Position numbers and translations under genes: made by a program. The notes below the pieces were generated by a model. It was given only the letters and a program-made list of their open reading frames with translations. It searched no databases and was not told the DNA's origin. From Lophium mytilinum (Eukaryota), in the NCBI GenBank assembly GCA_010093605.1, contig MU004203.1, positions 86,156-150,155 on the forward strand: 64,000 nucleotides of DNA, given 5' to 3'. Each line of letters begins with the position of its first letter. The stretch's first letter is position 1. This document shows positions 1 to 11,558 of the stretch, in pieces.

Positions 1-1618
1 GTGATTGTATAGAAGAAAGTCGTCTTTACCTGGATACTGTCTATGATGTCGCTTTGGGGCCGCAAAGCCCGAGTTGACGAGACAACACCGAGCAGGCTAA
101 CGTGATCGGCCTGAGTCTTGTTTCCATGGGAAAGGCCCGGCATCGCCGGCGACGCAGACCTTCCTGATTATCTTGCAGCTTGCCTGGGAGCAGAAACCTC
201 TCAAGCTATCATTCTTGGGAAGCATCTTCACTGTCCACCGCTCAGAATATGGCCATCATTGGGGTAATAGAGCGGTATGTCTCGTGTAGTCCGTGCCAGG
301 GACCATGCCAAACCTGCTGAGGGAGCTATTGCGCATGCGGCGGGTTGGCGGACTTCATTCGACAGCCGCCAGATGGCCTATAGTGCATATCTCCTCAACT
401 GATGCCACAGTCGACTGCGCAGGATGGCGCCTCAGATGTCGGTATGAGGGCATCAAAGCAACCGGAAGTCTATGAGAGGTCTTATTCAGCATGTTTGAGC
501 GACTCGTACAGCTTGCAGGGCGTGAGATCCGGCTTGAACACCTTGATGTTGCGATAACAAGGCGGGTGTCCTGGGCAGTGTCTTTATAGGTTGGGTATCT
601 AAGGAAAGCATCACTTCGCCTCCAACGAAGGTCCAAGCATCGCGCGGTCGAAGAGGACTTGGGGGGAGGCCCGAGCAGAAGCCTTCATCTGCATGGGAAC
701 TAGACGGGCAGCGGAGAGGGCGAAGGAGGAGGAAAGAATGGTTCTATGGCGGGCGGTCTCGATCCGGCTTGATGTGAAGGGCGGCGTGTAGGAGGGGACG
801 GGCGTGAAGTGATGGAAATGGCACTCCCCGTAACTCATCGCATTCATCCTCCCGGTTTAGTGCGTAGGGTTTTTGGAAAGAGTGACGAGAGGAGTGGCGA
901 ACGGGTTCGTGTAAGCGGTAGAGATGGGCCCGTAGAACGATGGCTGGTTTCATTGTCAGCGAGTCTCTTGTAAATTTGGCGTTGGGGAGGAGAGGACTTT
1001 TGTCAACTATGACCGTTACCATTTGGAATGGGTCGAACGTGATTTCCAGACTTCCGATGCAATCTACCGATGCGCTGTTCGTGATCGCTCCGGAATCATT
1101 GTCTTGGTAGCATCTATATCGAGAGTTTTGTGGATGATGCGCGCTGGTGACATGAGGTAATTCGCGCGAGAATTTGCCCGGGGTTTTGAATTTGGCTGAC
1201 GGAACAACCACCGACAAGAACGTACGGACCCTCATCATCGGAGCGTTCTAGAACTCAAAAGGACACTCTGGGTAGATCGCCAAAGGGAACATACAGATTG
1301 TAGACGAAGTGTCCGCTCTAAGTTCAGCGGCTTCACAAAGAATACCCAGACATCTGGGGAATGGGGGAGACGCTCTTACGTCATTGAGCCTTGTTGCTCA
1401 TGAGATGATCGCCTCAGCCATGGGGCTGGCTCTTTTTTTACAAGTCCTTGAAAAAGCTGAGCCGACATGCGCGACCGTCAGTGACCTGTTCTGAGGGTGA
1501 AGATATGCCGGAGTGTACAACATGTAGTGATTCAGTTTACAATGAAGACTGAACTGCCATCACCATGTGCGAAGCCTAGCAAAAAGAATCTGCGAAAAAT
1601 AAAGGGCTGCCGCTGGCG

Positions 1619-1627
1619 GGCTCGAAC
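1619..1627 (-). promoter_or_regulatory. Pol III B box downstream of U6 copy 1
   Basis: Minus strand GTTCGAGCC about 25 nt past the U6 T8 terminator; same motif and spacing as in copy 2. Confidence 0.7.
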
Positions 1628-1654
1628 GCCAGCTAGTGAAAGAAAAAGGGCAAA

Positions 1655-1805
1655 AAAAATTTTGAAGCTACTCTTTGATAAAGCGTGTCATCCTTAGTGC
1701 AGGGGCCATGCTAATCTGGAAGATGTTAGTTTTGAAGCTGAGTGTTGGGGGGTGGGGTGGTACACCTTCTCTGTGTTGTTTCAAATTGACCAAATGCCCG
1801 AAGGC
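1655..1805 (-). ncRNA. U6: U6 snRNA copy 1 with 50-nt spliceosomal intron (1765..1716)
   Basis: Minus strand GCCTTCGGGCATTTGGTCAATTTGAAACAACACAGAGAAG|gtgtac...actaac...ccag|ATTAGCATGGCCCCTGCACTAAGGATGACACGC...T8: 5' stem-loop, ACAGAGA box, AGC triad and ISL of U6. Confidence 0.93.
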
Positions 1806-1827
1806 GAAGTGCGTTAAATTTATACCA

Positions 1828-1835
1828 AATATATA
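1828..1835 (-). promoter_or_regulatory. TATA box of U6 copy 1
   Basis: TATATATT about 30 nt upstream of the U6 start. Confidence 0.7.
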
Positions 1836-3943
1836 GGCTCTATTGGCGAAATTGCTTTCACATGTGACCAGCCACCAGCCACCAGCAACTAGACTACTAC
1901 GCCACACCGTCAATGTCACAGTTTCTCCGTATGTTCATCGGCGCTAATGTCTACATTATCGCATACTTGTTGTTCCTCCATCTCACCCAGCTTTTGTTGT
2001 TTCACCTTCTCCCTAAAAATGTCCAGAACAACAATCTCCCTTGATTGAAACTCCCCCGCAAAAGTATTTACGCATCGCATCTCCGCGCACAAGTCGACAC
2101 ACATTGGTTGCCATGCTCAGTCAAGGCATGAAAGACAAGATGAAGAAGTGGAAGTTTAATGCCGATCTAATACCGATCTCTCCGCCTCTTCCGAGGCTGA
2201 TGAATAATGAAAGCGCAAAGGCACGGGGTAGTGGTTATGAACTATTCCAGGGAGAACCCCAAGGTCAACGTCGAACCTCCATCGGATCCTTTGTACGTAG
2301 CTCTCAACAACGACACGACACTAACAAGACGGAACGAGTATGAAGTAAGATCACCCACAAGCCAAAGGCGAATGAAAAACGCGAGCACGAGAGCCCATCA
2401 GGAAGCCATCAGTAATTCGCCAGAGCAGTACAATGACTACGCGATGCGGCTAGACAGGGCAAGAGAAGAGATCACCGTGGAACCTGAGCAGTCCTAGACG
2501 TAACACAGAATGTGGTCCTTGATCCTGGCGGCATCCACTCGCGCCACTACGCAGACGGCGTAATCATCGTTGGAAAGAGAAAGCTCACAGGTCTTAGAAA
2601 GGGTGTTATACATGCAGGGAGAAGTTTTCACTTGTGTTGACTCCAAAACCTAGGGCGAAGGTCTCTATGGCTGGTTGCATATACACCTTTCTGGACCTCG
2701 ACAAAATATGATCCCAAAGCGAGTTTGCTTCATTGCATTTCGTCGCAAGGGACACTACTTCTCCTTCGTGATCCGGGCCGGAACTCTGTTCCAAACATGA
2801 ACAGTTCTAGCAATGAGGGTAGTCACGTTGCACCAGGTCGTTGCCTATAGAGGGCCTAAACAGATCAATCGTGAGGGACAAGCTTGGTGATAAAAGATTG
2901 GAGCGATACAGGGGGCCAAGACGATTAGAACGAGGACGATGAGCTCTGGGGATTCGAGACTGCGCGATTTTGGTTCTCCTTCTGTCTACTTGTTCGGTAA
3001 GATTTGTAATGGGTTAATCTATAGGCATATCGGGGGGCGAGCAAACCGCTGATGCCGAGACAAGCTGAGCAATCGACCAGTTTGTAGCAATCTACCTAGT
3101 TTTCCTTTCCAAGACAGAAGTATATATACCACATCTTTTACCGCTCGTTATCGTGATGTAAACCGAGAACCTTCGTCACTATTAATGCATACTTACCAGC
3201 CTGAAGCCTTTCATGCTTCCCTTCCTGTTTTACTGAAGTGCACGGTGTACCCTTTCTTTCCACCAGAGTATTAATAATGTAGTTCAAGCGCACTCATACT
3301 TCTGTATATCCATTCAGTGTTATTCCACAAACCTTAGCAAGGAGCAATTGACCCTGAAAAGGCGAACCGGAAACTGGGTCGTTTTCGAACTGACAGAACA
3401 ACTGTTATATTCTAACATTTTGTCCCCGTTGGGACTTCAATATCCTCAAATTGATATTGAAACATGATCCGCCCACAGTTATACTATATTCATGCTCAAA
3501 AGAACAAGTACAAAGTTCCTAGATCCATTACCTAGATACGCGCACGTGACGCGCCGGTTGAAAGTCACGTCTTCTACACGCCTGACCCGGCCGGCGACCT
3601 CGCCTTAAGCGCTTCTGAAAACCATTCACCATGAAAAGCCCGTCGGCGCTAGCACGCGCCATACATCTGCTGCCCTATTTAGTACCCACCGACCGTGATC
3701 TTCTCCTCGAGTCTCACCACCTTGCTCACACCCAATTTGACCACACCATAGCTTCGCACATTCCGTTCGCATTGGAGACGCCTTGGTTGAGCTTCAAAGT
3801 ATCCTCATTTATGATTAGATTATCAGTTTCCTTTGCTTTGGAATCTCCTCCAACATCCCATCCGCCGCCTCCTTCAATATCAACTCCAATCCAAACATTC
3901 CTTCGCGCGTCCTCTCCTCAATACCAATCACTTAATCTCCACA

Positions 3944-6900
3944 ATGCGGAACTGTCTCCGAGAGAACCCCAAGAAGCGCCAACTTCAAGGCAGCCTGCCC
4001 AATTCACTCAAGCCAGCGGTCGATATAGAAGCGCCAGCGACGTCTTCCGAAAATATGACCGTACCGACCGAGAGGACCACTGGACGCGCAAAAAAAGCCG
4101 CCGCGAGACAAGAGCCGCCAATACCGCTACTCAATATAGTGCCACTCGCCAACATCTTAGCTAGAGCAGCGGCAGAAGATTCTGCTCCGCTGCCTCTACA
4201 GGTCGGCACAGGAGGAGGCAGCTGTGGAGGAAGCAATTTGCGCGGCGAAGGCATGACGGCCCATGAGATCCGTCAGATGAAAAACGCGCGCCTCTTGAAT
4301 CAAAAGAACCACGCCGTACTACCCAGACTGCTTAGCCTTGGAGAGCAACAGGCACTGGCGAGGTACAATGCAAAAGATGAGGATGAGGCCGAAGATAATG
4401 TAGCGACATTGGAGCGCCAGCGAGAAGCGCGACTTGTAAGTAACTCCATCCTGTGCTGATTTGAAGGCGATGTTGACAATACTAAGGCCCTTGACCCTCT
4501 CAAGCCCCGTGCGACTCCTACCCCCTCATTTCGTCCGGGACAAAACGATACAGCCTACATAAGCAGTATCTATAGAGAACTCATTTTTGGGGAGAGACGC
4601 GTGCAGGATGACTTAGCTGTGGCTTCTAAGTCAGCTATCCCTGACTTTGGTGGATCCTCGTCCAGTACCCCAAAAGTCGCCAACAGTGCCATTCCCACTA
4701 CCGATCAAGACCAAGAACTTCCTCGCGAGAACGAACTCCCAGATCCCGAGGATGTCCTATCAGCCGCGGAGAGAATAGAGCGAAACGAACACTACACTCC
4801 GTGCGGTCGACTCGGCGATGAAGATGGATCCCTTGGTTGGAACTTCGAGCGCGACTGGACTATTGGCAACTACCTCGAGGACGCCTCGTTCATCTCGTAC
4901 ACGTTCGTCAATCTTCTTCATCAAGACGGGAAGCCTGCCAGACCTGCGAGGCCAACACCAGCCTCAGCCCACCCCACTGACACTGGAAACATCTTCGACC
5001 CGACCCTTATACCTGTAATCAACGTCGGTCATGTCGATCCAAGCTTTTACGGAGATGGAATCGTTGTTGATTCCAAGGGGATCATAATGGGTTGCTGGAA
5101 GTGGGAGGAATCTGGGGAGGATCTCTACGTCTGGTGTGACGACTGCAAGTCCAAGGGGGTGCATGATCATTGGTACCAACCGCGGTGTTATTACACCTGT
5201 CCTCATTTCAACGAGCTTGAGGATGCCACCAAAGAGCGCGAGCGTTTCAGGATGGTTTCTCGCCATCACGGTCTCCAAATGCCCTTCGGGTGCAAGATGT
5301 CCAAAGATGTCGCGCGGAGGTTTGGGGTGATCTATGATCATGCCAAAGCTGTCAATGCCAGCAAGAAAGGCAAGATGGCGATGACAAAGATAGATCTTCA
5401 GACACAAGCTCTCGCCCCTCTACGAAAGTATGGGAATCAACCAGTCCCGTATCAAGCCACCGGGTCCGGTTCTACGCAAGAACCCCAGATGGAGGACATC
5501 TTTGTAAAGGTACCGAAGGACCTGAACACCCTCATGCGTACCGACCTTGTTGAGGAGCAAAGAGTCAACTTCGACTATCTTCTCGAGAGCATCAAACATT
5601 TGCAGAAGCTCCTGGTGCCCATTGAGGAGGCTCTGAATGATATGCCTATTCAAGATCGGCCAAAATTCAGAATGCCTCCACATCTGGGTCATCGCAGCTC
5701 GTCTGTTCCGATGATTGGACTGCGTCGGCTCTTCACAAAAGTAACTGGAGACAGTATCTGGGCTGAGCTGTATGCTCGTCCCCACGTGGCAGTTCCCACG
5801 CTCGTCGAGCTTTTGCGGGAAAAGCTAGCAAGCGTGCAGCAGAAGAAGGCGGAGCGAAAGGGGGAGTGGCACATTGCAGAGCGTCAGCTCCGAGAGCTGA
5901 TGAACAAGTGGCGCGAGTATCACAACCGCCAGCTCGCGGCTTCGTTGGCCGCGATTGGCGAGAGTGGTGCGTCGACTAACGACAATGTGCTCGCCATTGA
6001 GGACCCTTCCGATCAGGCCGTGGAGAGTCAGGATATAGGTGCTATTAATACCGTTGCCACGAATGACGGGAACGAAGTAGAAGAAGTTGACACACCCGCC
6101 ATCGAAGGGACAGCAAAGGAGCTCGACGAAGAGGCTACCGAGCTACCTACCAGGTTCGAAAATACCAGTGGGCCGGGAGAACCCCATGACATGGAAGTAG
6201 ATACTGTGGGTACTGGAACCACACCAACAGGCATTAGCCTTGAACCACAACCTATATTCAACTTCGCCAGAGACACAAAGAAGAGCAGGGGGCTCTTGGC
6301 TTCAAGAGTCACCGTGGCGACCGCAGGGTCTGGCATGAAGTCCAGCAAAACCAGCACCGGAAAGACTGCGAATAGCAAGGTCCTTGGCAACCATGTGGTG
6401 AAACAAAAGCTAGCTCCTTCTAGGATGGGCCTCCGGAGTCTAGCAAAAGCTGCACATGCTGCTACAGTCGAGGACCGCAACGCAGTGGGAGAAAATGTCA
6501 GTGAACCCGCCGCTTCTGAAGAAGAAACTGGCGCAGCAGCTGTCACTCTAGCTGAGTCGGAAGACGCGGTTGGTACTGAAACCGACCGTGATGATCGCCC
6601 AGATACTGACACGGGGTCTGCGCGACCTACCCTTATTGTGGTTCTCAAGATAGGCCACAGTACCGTAGCTCAGCAGCTTCTGAGATTGGCCACGGACAGC
6701 GCCGTCAACGTGGACAGCCCAAGGATCGAGGGCCGAGTTCTTCGCAAGAGGAAGAGACACCCGCTCGACGAGGGAGAGGACAATGAGTCTAGCATAAACT
6801 CGGAAAGCATTCACGGAGGTCATGCTAACGATGGCGTCAACGCCCTCTCCGAAAACGGTGGCCAAGGGTCAACAGGAGTGAAGGTTAATGCTTTCAAAGA

Positions 6901-7984
6901 GAAGGCGCCGCCTCGAAAGAAAGCAAAAACCAGTGCTCAGTCAGCTGGGCCGGCTCCGGGCATGGTCAATCCGGTACTTGCTCAGCAAGGCACTACACAA
7001 AATGCGTCAGAAGTCCCCAGGGACAACGCACAGCTGGATATGAACGAAGAAGGCGATACCGCCGAAGACGACAAGGAATGGGAGATTATCACCCCCGGTG
7101 AGGGCAGGTACAAAATCAACGAAGAACGCTCCATGACTCTCCAGCGGCGTCACAAGATTTCTGGAACCGTGCAGTCCATCACCTACACCCATGCCGATGA
7201 CGTAGACTGGGCTTTGAACATGTGGATCACGCGACTGAACGCCTGGCGGCGTCAGTGCATTCGCCGCTTTGGCGGTGAGCACGTAGCGGGTTACGACCGA
7301 CAGAAGTGGTCCAAGGAGGACATCGCTTGGGTCAGGGATGCCATCGCCAAGCAGTTTGATAGGCGAGAGAAGGCAGGGGAGAACGTGAAGAAGAGTCCTC
7401 CTTGGGCCGAGATTTACATGGCATTCGTGGTAGCCCATCCTGGGACTCATCGCACCCAGAGGGCTCTGTCGTGCATGGCTATGCGGCAGATTATGCCGGA
7501 GCTGGTGCTAGCTAAGAAGAACAAGCATGAGGGGGAGGGACAGGCGGATACCGCTGAGGGAGACATAGATTCTGATGAGGGTGAGAGTGACGACGCGGAA
7601 GACGAGGCGGAGGTGGGAGACATCGCGCCGAACAACAATGCCAGGACAACCCCTTTCGTCGCCGTGCGTCGAGAGGGCGATCGAGTGAAGCTCCGCCTTA
7701 CGGGCTTGAGGTCGCTCGCGAACTCTGACAAAGTCGAACGTAGAAACGGAGAACGTTCCTCCAGTCGTGTTCAAATGCAGCTCATTGTAGCAAATGCCAG
7801 GAATGGACCTGTTGGCGGTAAGAAGCGCAAGATCGCAAATCGCGATGATGAGTATATCTCTCCCGCGCGGTCGTCAAAGAGAATAAAGACGGCATCCGCT
7901 AAGGCTGATGACGACGAAGTGATGGAAGATGGTGGAGTCGGAGCGAATGCACACGAGAACGAAGAGGTCGAAGAAGAATTGTAG
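3944..7984 (+). CDS. Family member 1 (about 1329 aa; exons 3944-4435, 4487-7984): novel Cys domain + Sin3-HID-like segment + Myb/SANT-like domain
   Basis: ORFs 3833..4459 and 4601..7984 join in frame across a GTAAGT..AAG intron (4436-4486). Motifs GDGIVVDSKGIIMGCWK, CDDC..CYYTC, EEQRVNFDYLLES..PHVAVPTLVELLREK and DW..RLNAWRRQ..WSKED..W..RTQRAL are shared with the paralogues. Confidence 0.85.
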
Positions 7985-8508
7985 GGCCATATCTTAAGGC
8001 GTGTGACGATATTATCTCTTCAGGTGCAGCAACAAAATCTTAGATATCCTGTGCTGGCGTATAGAGAGCGATGGGTAGAAGTCCTGTCAATTTCTAGCAT
8101 AGTCAGATATCATCACAGTTTCAATATCATCACAGTTTCAATATCATCACTCGCAACCTATGCTTTGCTGTCCACGTTTGGATTGGTTTGTGAAGATGCC
8201 GAGTTTGACAGCATGCTTCTCTGCATAATGGAACTTTGAAAGATGTGAAGCTTCTGAAGGTAGATGTCAACATCGGTTCTCTGAATTAAAAGCAGTACTG
8301 TTCATAGTGTAAAGGTTCCCAAATTCTTGTGAGCACGTCTGAGTACTTCGCGGGACTTCATACAGCGTCACGCAAGTAGCAGAGATAGCGGTACTGATGG
8401 AAGAGACACAACACTTGCATTAACTTTTAACTCGCTGCCTTCCTTTTCCTAGTGGGTCTCGCCCGGGGCAATCAAGGAACTTCATGTTGAGCCTGTGCTC
8501 CAGAACCT

Positions 8509-8880
8509 TCACCCAGCAGATGCGCTTCTCCTTCGTCTTCGCCTCACTGCCTTCCTTCTCTCGAAGGATCCTTCGGTGACGACCATGTCTCCCTGTTGGA
8601 GCTCAAGTCCGGTGAGCGGAGGGCCATCAAGCTCCCGAAGGATAGCTTGTTTACGTTCTGATGACAAGACGATCCCCCCGTCCTCAGAGCTGGGGGACTC
8701 GTGCTCAGGGTAGGTGAGCGGTGGACCATCAAGCGCCCGAAGTATGGCTTGTTTGCGTTCCGTTGACAACACGATTTCCTCGTCCTCTGGGGTGGGAGAC
8801 TCGTTCTCTGGGTAAAGCTGCCGACCTATAGCTCGAACCTCTTCCATTGACGGGAACAGGTGCTCATCTGGTGCTTGCAA
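8509..8880 (-). CDS. Hypothetical 123-aa ORF with internal 34-aa (102-bp) duplication
   Basis: YPENESPTPEDEEIVLSTERKQAILRALDGPPLT / YPEHESPSSEDGGIVLSSERKQAILRELDGPPLT; the true start is uncertain. Confidence 0.35.
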   Translation of the reverse strand: MQAPDEHLFPSMEEVRAIGRQLYPENESPTPEDEEIVLSTERKQAILRALDGPPLTYPEHESPSSEDGGIVLSSERKQAILRELDGPPLTGLELQQGDMVVTEGSFERRKAVRRRRRRSASAG

Positions 8881-9291
8881 TATCGGGGTGTTCGGGTCCG
8901 GAAGCTGAGGGTTCAGGCCAGCTGCTACCTTAGATTGTTAGCATCTCTGCTACGTAATCGTATACTATTGCTCCAATCTGCCGTGCCGCTGGCTGACACC
9001 GACGACAGATGTCGTGAGTCAGGAGCCACGAATGTCGGAGGGGAGGAGCATGATCAAGAACACACATACCTTCCATTGTCCCAAGCACTCCACAAAAGAA
9101 ACGTACATCACACACTGCACCAACATGTTCTGGTCCCCTCAGATTGAGAAGTCCGCCCAGAAAAGCGGTATCCTCGGGCAAGATATCCTGCTCGACGACC
9201 TCTGTCCAGAGAACTTCGGCCTGAGAGCACCGGCTTGCTCGAGCGAGGCAAGATGTCTTCCCCTCACCGCCAACCAGCGAGAGACCGACTT

Positions 9292-9595
9292 CGGAGTGCG
9301 GAGAGTCCAGAAAGCAATAGGACGGCCGCCAAACTGGGTGAAGCAGCTCTCGAGCTCGGACTGGGTGGTGTCGTGGGGCAGCCTCTTCACTTGCAAAACT
9401 TTGCCTCGCTCTAAGTGAAAAGCGCGGATATCACTCCGAGTGTCCATTGGCTTGGTAAGCATGTCTGGAACTGAAGTGGAAAAAGCTTCCGTGGGAACAG
9501 CAGTTGGATGGTCCTGTGGCGGCTGGAACTTGCAGATCAAACCTCGGCGAACTCTGGCAAGAATGAGAGCTTCCTCCATGGCACGTCGCGGTGAG
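9292..9595 (-). pseudogene. NRP1: Fragment of Nrp1/ARP-type RRM + RanBP2-zinc-finger RNA-binding protein
   Basis: SPRRAMEEALILARV..PMDTRSDIRAF..KVL..LPHDTTQSELESCFTQFGGRPIAFWTLRTP matches the fungal Nrp1 region before and into the RRM; similarity stops abruptly. Confidence 0.8.
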
Positions 9596-10893
9596 TGAGG
9601 TAGGTGTCGGTGCTCGCGATGTGGCGCACACCATTCTGCGTTGGAGCGGTAGGCATAGAGGCTGAGGCTGAGGCGGTGGGACTGATGGTGGTGATGACGG
9701 AGGTGATGATGAGGACGGTTTGAGGAGAGAGGCAACGCTGCGTTTGAGAAGCGGACTTTCGGAGGACGTTTCGAGCAGCAATGCTGTTTCGTGATGCGAC
9801 GATGTGATTGTTAAGAAGAAGAGTGAAGTGAAGCGAAGAGCAGTGAGACGAGGATGGGTGAGGTGAAGGATAGAAAGGCGAGGCGATAAAAGGAAGACGG
9901 GAGTGAGTAAGGTGCGCTGTGCGTGCCAAGACCGCGATACCCCACCTCCACTTCTTCAATTCCCATCACATGGGGCCGGAGATGCATTACCCACATGATG
10001 GATGCTTTGATGCGGTGTCGATAACCTCCATCGCTCGTGTTCTGGCCCCTGGCTTGCGTGTTTGAGCGGTTTCTCATCCTGAACCCTGACTCGAGTCGCT
10101 TGAGACGCATCTTAGGACGGGCGCAGAGCCAGCACGAACAAGGAACATTGGTACAATACAACGACAACCCGACATACTCAGCCTCGGGTTCATCTCCAAT
10201 ATCACGAGTCTATATAGCTCACGACCCTATGAACTCGAGGATGAAGCTTGTTCTACGAGAGGAACGTGATGTAATGGCTTGAGGGAGGTTCTAAATCTCA
10301 AAGGCCACATATCTTTATAAACTCTACCAGCCGAATCAGATAATATGGGGTCTCGATCGTGATAACAACGCCCGGTGTGGAGAAACGGGCCCCAAAAAGT
10401 GACATAATTGATTAGGCCTAATTAGGTCTAGCTGTCACGTGTAGTCCTGTGCGGCCCACAAAACTCTCGACGCGACTACGAAACTGCTCTTCAGGCCTCT
10501 CCCCTTCAACCACAGCTTCGCATCCTCCTCCAAATCTCACCCCCTCAAACTCCACATTCACCGCAAGTCGTACTATGGACGACGCCCTCTTCGTCGACAA
10601 TGGCATTGCCGCCCGCCGCCCGATCACCTTCACCCGCGCCGAAAGGAAGATTTTTTTCGGAGGAATTTTTGTTTCCGGTGCTGCTGGCGTGTTTTTCTTT
10701 TGCTGGTGTAAGTACTTCTACTCCTGTATGGCCTCAGTCGCCTCGCTCAAGCTAACAATGACCAACAGACTTGGCAATGTGCGCTCCGACGCAGGAGTGC
10801 ATTTGGAACCGCGCTCGCAGCCATTGAGGTTCGTGAAATATCACATAAAGAGATCCTACGCGTACACCCAGCTAACCAGGCCAGCTAGTCACA

Positions 10894-11558
10894 GAAGGAT
10901 GAAGTCTACCTCAAGGCTCGTGCTGGACTTCGTCCCCGAGGCCGTCTACCGCGCCTCCCGGTACTTCAACAAAAGGAAGACTGTAATGCGCCATCCTCGA
11001 GTCAAACTCTATATCTGCGCGCTCTTTCGCTCCCTCACGTACATACACTCACAAGTGTCTGCCCCGGAACGGTCTACTGCGCCTCCCGATGACTTTGTTT
11101 CAACAAGCTGAAGACTGTATGGCGATCCGCGAAGTCAAGCTCTATGTCTACCAGTTGTTCCGTTCCCTCGCGTACATACACTCACAAGTGTGTNNNNNNN
11201 NNNTTCAACAAGCTGAAGACTGTATGGCGATCCGCGAAGTCAAGCTCTATGTCTACCAGTTGTTCCGTTCCCTCGCGTACATACACTCACAAGTGTGTGC
11301 CCTCGACCGTTTACCGCGCCTCCCGAAGATCTTGTTCAACAAGCTGAAGACTGTATGGCGATCCGCGAAGTCAAGCTCTATATCTACCGGTTGTTCCGCT
11401 CCCTCGCGTACATACACTCACATGTGTGCGGCCCCGAAACCGTCTACCGCGCCTCCCGCGGATCGTTCGTCAACAAGCTGAAGACTGTATGTGGATTCTC
11501 GAAGTCAAGCTCTATGTCCACCAGCTGTTCCGCTCCCTCGTGTACATACACTCACATG
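10894..11558 (+). pseudogene. GSK3: GSK-3 kinase exon fragment amplified in tandem (about 130-bp unit, 4-5 visible copies)
   Basis: [30 protein letters not shown](V/I)YQLFRSLAYIHSQ matches GSK-3 subdomains V-VIa; frameshifted, with no HRDIKPQN catalytic loop. Confidence 0.88.
11194..11203. other. Assembly gap (10 N)
   Basis: Run of n inside the GSK-3 repeat. Confidence 1.

Noticed and set aside
611..1238. Coding-like fragments here and at about 12.1-12.4, 19.2-19.5, 42.9-43.4, 43.8-44.1, 47.9-48.1 and 62.1-63.3 kb
   Set aside because: They look like decayed genes, but I cannot identify them without a search.
3944..7984. Calling the large genes SIN3 orthologues
   Set aside because: Only about 100 aa resemble Sin3; no PAH domains or Sin3 C-terminal domain.
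10268..10400. SRP RNA start (TGTAATGGCTT)
   Set aside because: No helix-8 motif or T-run terminator found.
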